Below, in pieces: positions 1-21,882 of a stretch of 64,000 nucleotides of DNA. Made by a program: the position numbers and the translations under genes. The stretch covers positions 2,356,001 to 2,420,000 of the forward strand of contig CP154954.1 in NCBI GenBank assembly GCA_039621445.1, read 5' to 3'. The stretch comes from Euglena gracilis (taxonomy: Eukaryota). The notes beneath the pieces are model-generated. The model saw nothing but the letters and a program-made list of their open reading frames with translations, searched no databases and was not told where the DNA came from. Position 1 is the first letter of the stretch; the number at the start of each line of letters is the position of its first letter.

Positions 1-49
1 TGTTAAGCAATGGTATGATCCCCATCCACGCGCCCTGAGGGGCGGCCTG

Positions 50-8500
<8,451 letters not shown>

Positions 8501-10595
8501 CGGCAAAAGAATCGCACGATGGGAAAAAATGGAAGAGCACGCCGCACGATGGAAAAACGCCGCGCAGAATGCAGGGTGCCGGAAGCTTGACGGCGCCGAG
8601 CGAAGCAGAAAACAAAACTTCAACATTTCCCTGAGCGGCATAGTATAAATATACATATATTCTATATGCATATATTGCACACACAAACACACACACACAA
8701 ACAATATGTGAAGCCCTGTGCTCCCCCCCTCGGCAGAGGTTATGCAAAGGGTCAGAGGTGCCCCACAGGCCGGGCTGGACGAAATTCATGGGGAGCCTTG
8801 GGCCGGATCACGGCACCGGGGGGGGGGGTCGGGGTTTTGCGATTTTTGGGTCCGAGGCGAGTTCCTCCCCCAATGGTGGGGATCCAGACCGACCCGCACG
8901 CTGTGGAAAATCTACCCCGCCTTGGAGAGGGAACGTTGAAGGCACTTGGATGGATGCCCAGGGTATGTAGTGTATCTGCCACGCTGGCGATATGGAACAA
9001 AACCACATCAAATAAAACACAACATAAAATCAGATGGAGGCTGTGTTTGTTGACTGTGCGCAGCCGTCTGTGTGCGGACCACACTTGATGCAGACAAAGA
9101 ACTGAGGCCAAAAAAAAAGGCAAAAACTGGAATTATCTTGGAAAGAGAAGGGGTGCAGAAATCTCACGTACATGAAAAGTAACAAATGATGAGAAGGAAA
9201 TCCTCAAGACCTCCAAAATGGGAGACTTCAATGGCAGCCCAATCTCAGAATCTGAGAGGCTGATAATAAAGAAAAGCCACACAAGAAAAGAAGAACGGCA
9301 TAAGACGATCATACACCTGAAAGCAAAATAATGGCGATAAAAATTGACCAATCCCACCCCAAAAAACGAAGCACAAATCGTGTTCATTTAACCTCCCTCC
9401 TGCTGTTTTTCAGCGTATTTGGTCGTCAGGAACCAGGCACATCGCACCGCTTCACAATGATTGCTCCCCAGGCGTGTAGAAACGTTTTATGAACACCAAA
9501 AAAAAGGTCAACTGGGGCAATGTCCAAACAGAAATGCGCACTAAATGTGTAAGAAAAATAAACAATGCAAAATACTCAAAATGCATAAGACCCGTTGACT
9601 TGCTCATAGAGCATCCAGCATCATGATTAGGCGCCAAAACAGAGGGTCTGAAGGGGCAGCTCACAATGCAAACAAAAAAATCATGGGACATAAAAATTGC
9701 AGGAGACAAAAAATACAAAAAAAATGATTGGAAACTTTGATTTTGAAAAAAAATTGCGAAAATCAAAACTGAGAGCAAAATGATAACAATTTCTCACTTG
9801 TAATGACGATTTGTGGGTAAAAAGAAAGCTCAAAATTCTAAAATTTGAAAAATCGAAATAATTGCCAGAACTGGCCTTCTGCTGGTCTTCTTCGCAATTT
9901 TTTTTCATTAAAAATTAAAACAACAATAAATAATATATTTCATAACTCCGTCTTTTGTGTGTGAAAATTGACTACCCTTGAGATGTGCCTCCTGCAAAAT
10001 GCCAAAGAAAAAAAACACACTGGACAAAAATTGCTTGCAGAAAAATATGTGGGAATTGTGGTGGTTTCTCAGATTTTTCTGAATTTCTGAACTTCGAACA
10101 TTCGGAAAAGATTCGAATGGAAATTATTTAAAAACTGCAAATTCTAAAACGAACATTCAATATGCAGTGACACCATAAAAACTGACAACCCCCTCCGCCA
10201 ATTTGTTTTATCCAGGTAGCGCACTGGATTACTTGGACCCTGTCGAATGCCCTGGCTGCATCCACTCCATTCCAACACCTGCATCCATTGGACTACCTCC
10301 ATCCACTGCAATACCCACATCCACTCCAGCACGCTTCCATCTGGAAGCATGGGTGCGCTTATGGCGGACCTATAGCTGCCTCAGTGGCAGGGGTATCTAC
10401 TATTTGGACCCTGCCTGCCCAAATTTCGTTGATTTACTGGACCCTGCGCTTGCAGTGGCCCCACACTTGCATTGGGGGGTTTACGGCATTATTCACCAAA
10501 ATGCCTTGCTGCTTATTCGTGGGCAAAAAATGCCCAAACAAAGGTTTACCAGTGTGCTGACCAGAGTGCTTTGGCCCCCCGCTAAACTCGGGGAA

Positions 10596-11075
10596 CAGGC
10601 TTTTGCTTAAGGGATTGCAGTCCCCCCCCCCCCCCCAGGGGGGGGCTGGACTGCAGCTAGTCCAAATTTGGCTGGTGGGTTCTCTAGCAGACCCCACCCC
10701 GGGGGGGTCTGCTAGCAGGGCTAGCTAGTGGAATTTTTTTTCCAGTGACCGGCGCGAAGCGCCGAAATTTTTTTTTGGGACCCCCAAAAATGGCCAAAAA
10801 TGCCCGTTTTTGGCCATTTTTTGGGAATTTTTGGAACAAAACCAGCCAAAAACCTGTTAAAAACCTCATTTTTCCTCCGGCGCTGTGCGCTGGAGGAAAA
10901 AAGTTTTCCGGCCCGGGGGACCCCCCGGCCCCCCCCCCCCCCCGGGGGGGGGGAGGGGGGGTCTAGCTAGTCCACCTTTTCCAGTGTCTAGCCGATTGGC
11001 TAGCCAGTACCCCCCCCCCCACCCCCCCCCCCCCGGGGGGGGGGGGGGGGCGCGAGGTCCTTAAGCAAAAGCCTG
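10596..11075. mobile_element. hAT-like MITE family A
   Basis: 17-bp perfect TIR caggcttttgcttaagg/ccttaagcaaaagcctg; perfect TSD tcggggaa. Confidence 0.95.
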
Positions 11076-12077
11076 TCGGGGAACTCTGCCACAGGCCAAT
11101 CATTCAAAGGGGCTAGGAATTGGCGAAAATGCCACCATTTTGCCTGCGTGTTGATTCATCATGCTGATTCACACACACTGTTTTCAACTCTTCAATGTCC
11201 TCAAATTACAACCCAATAGCCAAAAGACTACAATGGCCACAAAGATGGAAAAAAATAATAATAAGCCGAAATCACCGAAGAGCCACAAACTTGCTCATAA
11301 TCCAAAGCAGCTGAAAACTGACCCAACTTAGCCAAATTAAGCCCAAAATAGCCCCAATTCGCAACAAAGTCCAATAATAGACAAAATAGGCGCAATATGA
11401 GGACAAAAACACTTTTTATTCGAAAAATGTGCAAAAAAGCCAATATCGCCTGTCGAGGCATCCCCCCCCATGGGTTGGAGTCGGCAAGCCTTAAAAACTC
11501 AGCCTGCTCCCCGGTTGAAGATTCTGGTTCAAAAGGTCCAAGCGTGCTGGGGGATAAGAACGACGGAGACGGGGAGACCGGGAGGGTGCAGAAACTCAGG
11601 CAGTGCAGCCGACGGCAAGTGGCCAAACCCTGCACAATTTTGCAGAAAAAATTCGCTTGACGTCGCGTCACAACCAGTCGGGGGCACCGACGCACTTTTC
11701 GGCATAGGGGTGAGGGCAGGGGTGGGATGGGGTGAGCACCAAACAAAGACAGGAGAGGGTGGGTAAGCACATTGGGAAGTTGCGATGAAATCACGGGCCC
11801 TTTGGGGAAAGAGATCAGGGTTTAGCACCCAAAAACAAATCATGTCAGGTGACCCCAAAAAAACCAACCCTATTCCAGACAGATATTTTCAAGAAACCCC
11901 CAAACCAATCGGTGTCGGTGTTTCGAAACATCTCGAACATGCAGGCTCAAAAAAATTGTCGACCACGAGTTTTTTTTAGGGGCATCAGGAGAACTCTTGG
12001 GCAATAATTCAACTTTTGCCTTTTAACTTCACGTTGAGCCCCAGGCTTCAAATTGCTCTGGCATGCTACACGTGTAT

Positions 12078-12230
12078 TTATGTATGTATGTATATATGTA
12101 TGTATGTATGCATGTATGTATGTATGCATGCATGCATGCATGCATGCATGTATGTATGTATGTATGTATGTATGTATGTATGTATGTATGTATGTATGTA
12201 TGTATGCATATATGCATGCGTTTGTGTATG
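12078..12230. repeat. (TATG/CATG)n microsatellite
   Basis: Seen directly. Confidence 0.95.
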
Positions 12231-12635
12231 CACCAGGTCCCAATTCATTCTACTTAAATCTACCTACATCTTGTCCACTTCCCCAAGCTCCTGCTGAGCT
12301 CAACCTTCCTGATCCTTGAGATGCCCGGCCAAATGAAGCAACTCCTGGCGGTACACATTGTGGCAGAAAAAGGCCCGCGGGGTCACAGGCCAATGGCGCA
12401 CGCAGGCTACAAGGGACGGTGGGACACACAGGACAGACATACCGGTCAGGTCGGAGTGGGTCAGACGTCAGGTTGGTCCGACACCGAAGTCGTCTGCAAG
12501 GGTTTTCTGAAAAACGTGTCCTGGACCCATTTATCTCCAACCGGGGGGGGGGGGAGCACAGCCAGCAGCAATTGGCTGCGGGGGCTGCGTGGAAACCGAG
12601 TTGAAACCGAGTTGGACCGAGTTGGAACTTGAGAC

Positions 12636-13028
12636 CAGGCTTTTGCTTAAGGCCCCCCCCCCCCGGGGGGGTACTGGCTAGCCAATCGGCTAGACACTGG
12701 AAAAAATGGACTAGCTAGACCCCGGACCCCCCCTCCCGACCCCCCCTCCCCCCAACTGGAATTTTTTTTTCCTCCGGCGCTGCGCGCCGAGGTGGAAATG
12801 AGGTTTTTAATAGGGTTTGGGCTGATTTTGTTCCAAAAATCCCCAAAAATGGACAAAAACAGGCATTTTTGGTCATTTTTGGGGGTCCCAAAAAATTTCC
12901 GGCACTTCGTGCCGGTCACTGGAAAAAAATTTTCCACTAGCTAGCCCTGCTAGAAATCCCACTAGCCAAATTTGCAGTCCAGCCCCCCCCCACCCCGGGG
13001 GTACTGCAATCCCTTAAGCAGAAGCCTG
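12636..13028. mobile_element. hAT-like MITE family A (opposite orientation to the 10596 copy)
   Basis: TIR caggcttttgcttaagg/ccttaagcagaagcctg; perfect TSD cttgagac. Confidence 0.95.
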
Positions 13029-13339
13029 CTTGAGACCTGACAAAAACAGCCAGATCCTGATGGAAAAAATCTTCTACAGCAGCTTTGGGTGACGCTTTGT
13101 GGGACACCCCCCCACCCCAAACGCCGTTGTTTCCAGAAATCACAGCTTTCAAGACATTTTCAATAAATGCTCAATACATTTCTGGCACTTTGCGCCCGAT
13201 CATTCCATTTTTTTTTTTGGCTCGGACACTATCAGGACTGAGCAAAAACCAACTTCATTTCAGTCGACCTGGGGTTAGCGCCCCACAACTACCGGATTGT
13301 TTGGCCCCAAAAAGACGGGGCACGCGTCCCTTCTGGCTG

Positions 13340-14088
13340 AATGAAACGCCCTGGGCATCTCCATCGTTTGCACCACCACCTGGGTGGTGACGACAGGGGC
13401 TGACGCAGGTCTCGAGCCTGCGGAGAATGAAGGGACCGAAACGTGCGCCACAGGCTGTATGCCAACGCACGTTTCACTTCCTGAACAACTGTAGAGATCG
13501 CAAAGAAAATGATAAAATTATAACACTCAGGGTTTTTTCTTTTAAGGCTGGGGGGAGGGGGGGTCCCCCACCCACCCACCCCCTGGGCCCCCCCGGGGGG
13601 GGGGTCCCGGACTCACTCACTTTTCCACGAAAATTGCCCAAAAATCGTGCAAAATGCTAAAAATAGCACTTTTCAAAAATTTTAGGCGCCTTTGGCGCTG
13701 AAAAATATAACCCCCAGGGGGACCACCCCACCCATTCTACCCCCCCCCTGGGTCCAACACTAAAAAATCCCCTGATAACACTTGACTGTCGTATTGAAAA
13801 TGATAAAGGGGTTTTCTTTCTGAGTTGCTTGGGAGAGGCCCTCAAGGTTGGGGTCTCCAAATGGGGATGACCCAACTGGGATTGGTGAAACCGAATCTCT
13901 CTGACATGGCCGCGTCCCCTGAAAAGCCCTGTTTTTTTTTGCCCCTTTTCGGGGCCAAATCTCGGGCCATACAGCTGGCCCCCTGAGTTTTTATCCCATT
14001 TGGTTAGAGGTTCCTTCATGGTGTATTTTAGCCCTCCGAGTGCTTCCGCCAACTTCCCAACGTTTTCGAGATATTTTGTGAAAATTGA

Positions 14089-14185
<97 letters not shown>

Positions 14186-17100
14186 GACTGACTAACTAAC
14201 TAACTAACTAACTGACTAATAAATAAATAAGTAAATAAATGGATAAATAAATAAATAAATAAGCAAATAATAAATAAATAATGATAATAATGATAAAATG
14301 ATGAAGATGAAGATAATAATAATAATGATAAATAATCTATAACTAATAACAAATCGATAAAAACCGAAACCATTACCCCCCCCCCCCAAACGGCCAAATC
14401 CCTGCGGGCCATTTCCCCCCGAAGCGCGACATTGGTTCACCCACCTGGGCCTTCCAGAGACATGCGGGGATGGTGTCCACCCCCCTCATATGGACCTGGG
14501 GCAAAACGTTGACCTCCTTGAAACGACGACTCGCGACCCTCTTCGAGCCATTTTTCTTTATTATCGTCTGCCAGCCCGCCAAAGAGGGAGTGACGACAAA
14601 ATTCAAAAGTCTCTCAAGAGGACGCACCCGAGAAGATATTGCTTGGGTTCATTCAAACATCTTGAAAACACTGGGGAATTGAAGGAAACACAAGGCGGGC
14701 GAAATTGCACCACTGGGGACCCTCTGATCACCGGTGGGGGGGGGGCTGCAGGCCTTGCCCGAGATCGGGCCCCCAAAAAGGCCAAAAAGCAAGGCTGTTC
14801 TAGCCCAAAGCTCGCTTAAAAATGGCAGATCTCGGGCCAGGCAGCGAGCTAAAAAAAACAATTCCCTGGCACATGGGGTGTTCCTAGGGCTTCACCCCCC
14901 ACCCCAAATATGAGAAACCCGTTTCCAGGTTTCATATTTGGGTGTCAGGTGTCAGCCGATAGGCCCAACGGGTTCCTTATATTTGGGGGTTTCTTGTATT
15001 TGGGTGTCGAAGGCAGGCCTCAAGGGTTTCTTATAAATGGAAATTTTTCTTCCTTCGGTTCCTTCATGTAATGAATTACATGTGACCGCCGTGAGTAGGA
15101 TTTTCTTCATGTCTGACGGCTCTTCTTCCGAGGCCTGGAGGTGTTTATGCTGAATTGGATCATTCCATCAGTCCAGAAGAAAATGGTAGTGCCAATGGTA
15201 CTTCTGAATCCAGGAGTGATTTCGGTGAAAGAAATATTCACAAGAAATATAATGCGGATTTCAAATTGAAAGTTATCCATGCAGCCAGCTAGGATGCTAT
15301 GCTATGCCCGTGGTGAAAATGGATGAGGGGTTTCTTATAAATGGATTAGCCAAGGGTTTCTTATATTTGGGGGTTTCTTACACTCGGGTGTCGGCTGAAA
15401 ATTGGCCAAAGGGTTTCTTATATTTGGAGACTTCTTATAGCGAGGGGTTTCTTATATTTGGGGGGTTTTTGTATTAGGTCGCTGGACATTTCCTTCGATT
15501 CTCCAACATTTTTGAGAAACTTTGGAGAATCTATTTTTCTTTGACCCAAAAAAGGTTGAAAATGGCCGAAGACGGCAGATCCTGCAGCGCTGTTTTGGGG
15601 CGTAAATCGGACATATCTCGGGCCAGGTGGGGAGTTACAGGGAAAGATACCGTCAGATAGACAGGCTGTTTTAAAGGCTTCAATTTAGGTCTCGGATGTT
15701 TTGCTTCGCTTGGCTTCGCTTTGGAGATATTTTGCATTTTGAAATTTGGAGGAAAAAATGGCCATACCTTGGGAGAATTACAACAAAAACAAATCACAAG
15801 CATATGGGGTGGTGTTTATTATTATTATTGTTGTTGTTGTTGTTGTTGTTGTTGTTATTATTATTATTATTATACTATTATTATTATTATTATTTTGCTT
15901 TTAATTATTATAATTTTGACATTTTTTCAGGGTATCACTACCTGGGGATGATCAATAATCCCAATTAGTTCGGTGCACTGGGCCAAAAAAAATTGCCCCC
16001 CCCCCCAATGGGCAAAAATGTCATTTGGGCACTTTTTGGGACAAAAATTTGTCAAAAATATACCCCCCCCCCAATAAGACCGGGGGGTCCATTTCATGGG
16101 TCGGTTGCTGGAAAGCCCGAGGGGGGGTCTTATTCATTGGGGGGGGGGGGTCCATTTTATGGATTTTTGCTGGAAAAATTTTCGACCCCCCCAAAATGTC
16201 CAAAAACGCCTCCCAAAATACCAATTTTCAAGAAATTTGGCGCTTCGCGCCAGACAAATAGGCAAAAATGTGCTGAATTGTGTGAAAACTGTCCAAAATG
16301 GCAGATTTACCCCCCCAAAATGTCCCATTTCTCAAAAATCCGTCGCTTCACGCAGGCAGGGGGTCTTATTTATGGGGGGGGTCCATTTCATAGATTTTTG
16401 ATCGGACCGGCCAGGGGGGGGGTCTTATTTTTGGGGGGTCCATTTTAAGGGGGGGGGTCTTATTTTTGGGGGGGGTTTACTGAATGTCCAGGTGGATCAC
16501 CCGGGAAAATGCACCTGGGTCTGCGGCTGACGCGACATGGTCGGCGGCGCGCTCGGGGGGGCGGATCTGCTTGGCGCTGGACCGATGCCAGGGTTCGATA
16601 TAAAAGCAGGATGAAAATTTTGACCTTTTTGGGGGGGTCCTGGGTAGCCCTGTCGGTCCACCCCCCCCCCCCCGGCAGGTGGGGCACCCCCGGAAGGGGG
16701 GGGTTCCTGCGGGCTGGCTGGAAAAAGGTGCTGCTGGACCTCCCCAGCGGGATAGAGGTTCGGGGGGGTGCAGGCAGGCTGGAAGCAGGCAGGCTGGTAG
16801 CTGACATGCTTTACCCCAGAAATGGGCAAAACACGCCCAAATCTAGCCGGGCTGGCATTCTTCAGCCAAAATTAGGAGGTGAAAACTCCCCCAAAACCAC
16901 ACAAAAATGCCGTTTTCGACCATTTCCGATCCGTTTCTTCAAAAATTCTTAGTGCTTGGGTCCAGCCTGGCTTCGCTGGGCTGGCCCGAACTTTATTTCA
17001 ATGGACCCCGGGAGGCGGTCCGCAGCCCGGCTGGGAACTGCTGGTTGGAAAAAAGGTGCTGGCTGCCCCCCCCCCCCCCCTGGTAGGGTCCCCTCCGGCC

Positions 17101-19281
17101 TAAGAAAACCCCTGGTCCGGACCCCGCCCCCAGTCCAGGAGGGGGGGGGCAGGGGACACAACCCTCACCTGAACCTCGTATAGAAACCTGACTGGCGGGC
17201 CTCCGCTATGCGCAGCCGCTGATACGTCAGTAGCTTGTCCAGGCTCCGGAGGTTGTAGCAATAGCTGTGCAAGGAATGTGCTGAGGAACTGAAGCCGGTG
17301 AGCAGACAGGATTTGACCAAAAACCTGTCTGGGGGGGGTTACTCAAAACCACACCCAAAATAACAAGAAGACTTCTTGGGTCGGTTTGCTGAAAACTTTT
17401 TTTGGTTGCTCAACAAACATTTGGGCTTTTTCTATGCGGAACAGTGTCTCAAAAGGTATTGAGAAAACAAACAGCCATGCCATCTGAAGGTTCTCCCGCC
17501 CGAGCCCGTCACTCTGGCAAGCTGAACGGGGCTCACGCATCGTTATCTAAACCCAACACCTTCGTGACCACGGGCGCATCGTGCGCCTCATATGCCAGTG
17601 TTTTCCACTGACGCTCAGCATCGGGGCCTGGAGATGCTGCGGGACGACTTGAACACCCTTCCCCCACAGCACCGCAGCCATGCTCACAGGGCCGGAGGCC
17701 GCACACTCTCTCTGTGGCAATAGCCATACTTCGTGCGCACATGCGCGCACTTGTTGTGTTCAAACGGGCGCATGTGCGCGCGTGGATTGGCCGCGGCACA
17801 ATCGGCTTACCCCACGTCAAACCAACGGCTGGGGGTGTCCTCGTATGTCGCAGATGCGGTCAGCAGGTGCCAGGATCTGTACCACGGCAGGGATCATGTA
17901 TGGCATCCCGCCAGCACGTACACACGGCGTCATCCAACGCTGCAGCACACCACCAGCACCACTACCGCACGCTGTCCAAAATAACCCTCCCTGACCATCC
18001 TCACACCCTCGGCACCGACAGCTCCCAACGCACCAAGCCAACGGCCCCTTGCAGAGCACACCCCACGTCTTGCATGGGCGCGGCGACACCGAAACTGGCC
18101 GTGTTTGGACGTGAAAAAATTTCCTCAGACAGTCCCCAATCAAGCGCACATGCGCGACCCTGGCCGCTGACAACCCCTCTTCTGCCGCTGACGTCTGGCC
18201 CTCAATCGCCGGGATTTCAAAGCCGAGACCCGAGTGATTATCTAATTTTGCTTTCGCTGGCCGAGGTTTCAAAGCCGAGCCGTCACAGCCTCTTTTATGT
18301 TTCAAAACATGTCAGTCGGAAGCACCTCGCGAGGTTCCCCCCTTTGAGACACCACAGCCATGCGCTTGCAACACGTCCAATGGTCACCGCCGGCTGGAGT
18401 TTCAAACACGGAAAATGAAAGCAGACGGACGCGTCGCAAGTTCGCGTGCAGTTGCGCCTAAATCGACAAAAACCATTAAGTGCCACTTTGGCCCTCTAAA
18501 ATTCAGAGTCCTCAAGGCATCTGGGTTTTTGGCAGACAAATCAGAGTGGCCGGGGACATACTACTTCCAAAGGAAGTCTCGGAGGAGGGCAATGACGACG
18601 GTGAGAAGCGTGACCAGCCAGAACTGCGGCAGTACGTACTGCGGATGTGGGGGGGGGCAGAAGGCTTGGGAGCGGGTGGGGGGTACACTTTGTCAGGATC
18701 AATTCGGTGCATATGTCTGAGCATTCCTTCAACGTCTCCCAATAAATGAGTGGGGGCCGGAAGGGGTTTCTTCAGTCGGGGGGGGGGGCAGGGTTGGGTG
18801 CCATCTAACGTCCAGCCTGGCATCCGGCTGGACCCCCCCCTGTAACCCACCTCCTGCCTGTGACCCCCCCACTGTTCACAAACCACAAGGCTTCAATCAG
18901 CACATTTTTCCAGCAAACTGGATGCCCTGCCCCAGAGAGAGATAGATCATATCCTGAAGAAATCTCTCTCTCTCTCTCTCTCTCTCTGACGGGGGGGGGC
19001 GTTGAGACATGCCCAAATCAAATATTAGCGTTGCTGGAATAGCCTTGTCGCACCCATGTTGTGATGCCCTCTGATGGCCGGATAATCCGGGGGGGGGATC
19101 AGACGTCGGATTTGTGAACTGTACGGGGAGCGTGGCGGGCAGCGGAGGGGCGGAGACCAGGCGGATGATCATGCCCCACATGGGCGGGGACAGGCCGAAG
19201 ATGGTGCCGTACACCATCATGAAGATGTACCACATGGCGATGCTACCCCAGATGGCGAAGTGGTGCAGCCACGTCCACGAC
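13340..19281 (-). CDS. P4-type (phospholipid-transporting) ATPase, C-terminal transmembrane and tail exons only
   Basis: Exons 19281-19158 (SWTWLHHFAIWGSIAMWYIFMMVYGTIFGLSPPMWGMIIRL), 18638-18562 (YVLPQFWLVTLLTVVIALLRDFLWK), 17264-17194 (YCYNLRSLDKLLTYQRLRIAEAR), 16583-16515, ~14568-14495 and ~13417-13340 join in frame. WTxxHHxAIWGSI and FWxxxLxxxxxxLLRDFxWK are typical of the flippase C-terminal domain. Last exons and stop codon uncertain. Confidence 0.85.
13528..13774. mobile_element. hAT-like MITE family D
   Basis: cagggttttt ... aaaaaatcccctg; perfect TSD ataacact. Confidence 0.9.
14089..14290. repeat. (TAAC)n microsatellite followed by (TAAA)n
   Basis: Seen directly. Confidence 0.95.
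14893..15470 (+). mobile_element. Deleted pogo/Tigger-like DNA transposon with N-terminal transposase remnant
   Basis: Inverted ccccaaatat..gaaaccc / gggtttcttatatttgggg subterminal repeats. 15242-15289 encodes KKYNADFKLKVIHAAS, resembling the Brinker-type DNA-binding start of pogo-family transposases. Confidence 0.6.
16061..16480. mobile_element. TA-flanked MITE ('cccaataagac...gtcttatt' family)
   Basis: Inverted C-run/aataagacc termini; related architecture at ~976-1058, 32980-33378, 46346-46743 and 49700-50005. Confidence 0.65.
16584..17193 (-). other. Nonconventional intron built from a family-B-like MITE
   Basis: Minus strand CGCC|AGT-CAGGTTTCTATA...TATCGAACCCTG-GCATC|GGT. The terminus cagggttcgatataa matches MITE family B. 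Frame is preserved (EAR-RSSAKQIR). Confidence 0.8.
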
Positions 19282-21715
19282 CTGCGGGGCGGGGCCACCC
19301 ACGTAGGAATGGGGTGGCTGGCAGCAGGGACATAGACGGTGTGACGGGAATCATGCACGCTGGCTCTAGCCACCGTCGCTTTTTTGGGGTCCCTCGTTTC
19401 TGAATCATATCAGACATGAATCGGAGAAATAAATCAGCAGATGCATACATAATAAGTGTGTGTGTGTAAACATCGAGGAATTTACTAAAAGCGAATTAGC
19501 CCCCCAGGGGGTCTAATTTGCCGGATGGAAAAAAATTCTGGCTGCACCCCTAGGGGTGGAGGGGGTGGGGTTCCAGGGGTGGGGTCTACCGGATGCCGGG
19601 CTGGACCCGGTTGCCACCATAAAACAGCCATAAAAGGCCAAATCCAGCGAGGTTGTACTTCTTTGGCCAAATTTTGAGGTGAAGAAAAATACCAAAAATG
19701 GCCGCTTCTGGCCATTTTCGATCCTTTTTCCAAAAGATTTTCGGCGCTTTGCGCCGAAACGGAATGATTTCAAGCAAAGCAAAGCAAAATAAAAACAAAC
19801 AACCTAAAATATATCAATCATGGGGACTACGAAAATAAAAACATGGTGCTGTGAGGAAAAGGACAGAGTATGTTTCTCCAAACTTGGGGGCAGCCGCCTT
19901 TGTCCAAGACTGGGGGGTGACCGCCTCTATATCTACATCAAGAACTGTGTCCCAGACGCTGGTTCGATGCCTGGGACACAGTTTCTTGAAACCGTTTCTA
20001 GGGTGCTCCGGCTTCACGCCCGAACCGGCGGCCCCGAACCGGCGGCTGAGGGATCACAGCCAATTTCGCCCCAAATACCCATGTTTGGGGCACTTTCAGG
20101 CGACTTTGGCCCAAAATGGCCGCTGGTCGAAATTGGTAGATTCCCCACTTCTGAAGCCATGTTACCCCTCAATTGAAAGCTCTTCTCAAGGGCTTTCGAC
20201 AAATGTCCACATAATTTCGCCATAATGCACATAGCTCTTATTTTCAGCGATCATGTATTCCAAATTTTGACATATTTATTTGTCAAGCCCGGCGGTTCAG
20301 GTTGCACATTGCATGTCAAGTGAAAGCTCCTCCCAAAACCTTTCGCAGTACCCAGAGCTCAGCCACATTGCATAGCCCTCTGAAAATTGGCGATCGCATT
20401 TTTTGACCCTGTTTGAATATTTGAGATTCTACTTTTCAGCTACTATGTTGCCCACCGATTGAAAGCTCTTCTCAAGGGCTTTCAGCGGATGGCCTTAGAT
20501 TTCTGCCATGCTGCATGGCATTCTATTTCAGAATTTCCCCAAAATTTGGGGGAAGGGAATTGTTTCACAGAAAACCCCAAGTTCTGGCGAAGAACCCCCA
20601 GAAACTCCTCATATATGATTACCACATGTCTACAACCCCTTTCAGACACTTTTTGGCACTTTTTATTTTGGGTCCCCCAGACGCCGGATTCACACCCGGT
20701 TCGGCGCAAAATTTCCTGCCTGAACCAGTGTCCCAGATGCTGGTTCGGGCGTGAAGCTGGAGCCCCCAGACACGGTTTCAAATTGAGGTGGGGGGGTTGG
20801 CCACTTTTGTCCACCGCTTCGCTCCAAACAAAGGTGGCCACCCCCCACCAAGGGTCACCCCATTTCCGGTCATCATATTTTTCAGCATATTTTCGTTGAA
20901 ATCACTTTGCTTCTTCTTCTTTTTTTTTTCAACAGTTTCTTTCCTGGCGACTCTTTGATGGAGTGCTGCTCGCCAGTACTAGTTGGCGACGGCAGAGAAG
21001 CCATTTCAATCCATGACTACTATGAAAAGGGCAACCCTGCAAATATTGAATCCCATTGTTGTCCGCTTCCAAACCCATTGTTTGTTTCCACGATGGGCGC
21101 TGCACATCAGGCGGCTTTTTTAAAAGCTGTTTTCATGCTTAACTCTAATCAAGAACGTATGGCTGGAGTATAGAGTATGGAGTATGGTATGGAGTATTTG
21201 AGGTTTTTGAGAGGAGGTTTTTCCAATCTCCTCTTTGTCAAAATCCCGATGAGAATACCACATTGAAATTCTGTTGCCGCATCAATAAAGTTCTGTGCTG
21301 TGTCCGCCACGTCAATTTTTCTTGAAGTATGGTCCACAGTATGCACTCATTTTCCTTTTTTGCTGTCCTTTTTTTTTATAACTCAATCCACAAACCTTCC
21401 TCAAAAGGAGGCATAGGTACAGAATGTCGAACTATGCCAATGCTTTCTTTTGGGAAATATCAGCACTCCGCCTCGGTGGACCCCCTCGGCACAGCAACTT
21501 GGAACCTCCCCCCCCCTGGTGGCGGAGGGTTCTCGCCAGACGTGCCGAAACTCCACAAGACACTCCCGGATCTCTGAGGGGAAGAACCTCAGCAAATGGA
21601 CATTTGCAAAACCAACGGGGGTGTCTCCCCCGCGTCCCCCCCGCGTCCCCCCCCGCGTCCCCCCCGCGTCCCACTTTGGAACCAAAATTTTGTTCTTGAG
21701 GCAGCCAAATTTAGA

Positions 21716-21882
21716 AGGCTGATTCCTAATTTCAGGCAAATTTGAGGTTGGTGATTCCTAATATGGTGTGGGTGATTCCTAACTTGTGGTGGGTGATTCC
21801 TAATTTGGGGTGGGTTTGTCCTAATTTGTTGTGGTAGAATCCTAATTTGGCCAAAAATTTCTCGCAGCAAATTCCTAATTTC
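21716..21882. repeat. Degenerate ~21-bp tandem repeat (gattcctaattt core) between cccgcgtccc repeats
   Basis: About 7 cores at roughly 21-bp spacing. Confidence 0.75.

Noticed and set aside
10230-10350. 18-bp degenerate repeat encoding (M-x-V-L-[EQ]-W)n
   Set aside because: Too short, with no splice or ORF context to call it coding.
13330-13360. GVSFSQ as the flippase GYAFSQ-like regulatory motif
   Set aside because: It lies in a frame inconsistent with the phase of the upstream exon chain; may be chance.
14089-14218. Telomeric repeat
   Set aside because: The unit is TAAC, not TTAGGG/CCCTAA, and it is intronic.
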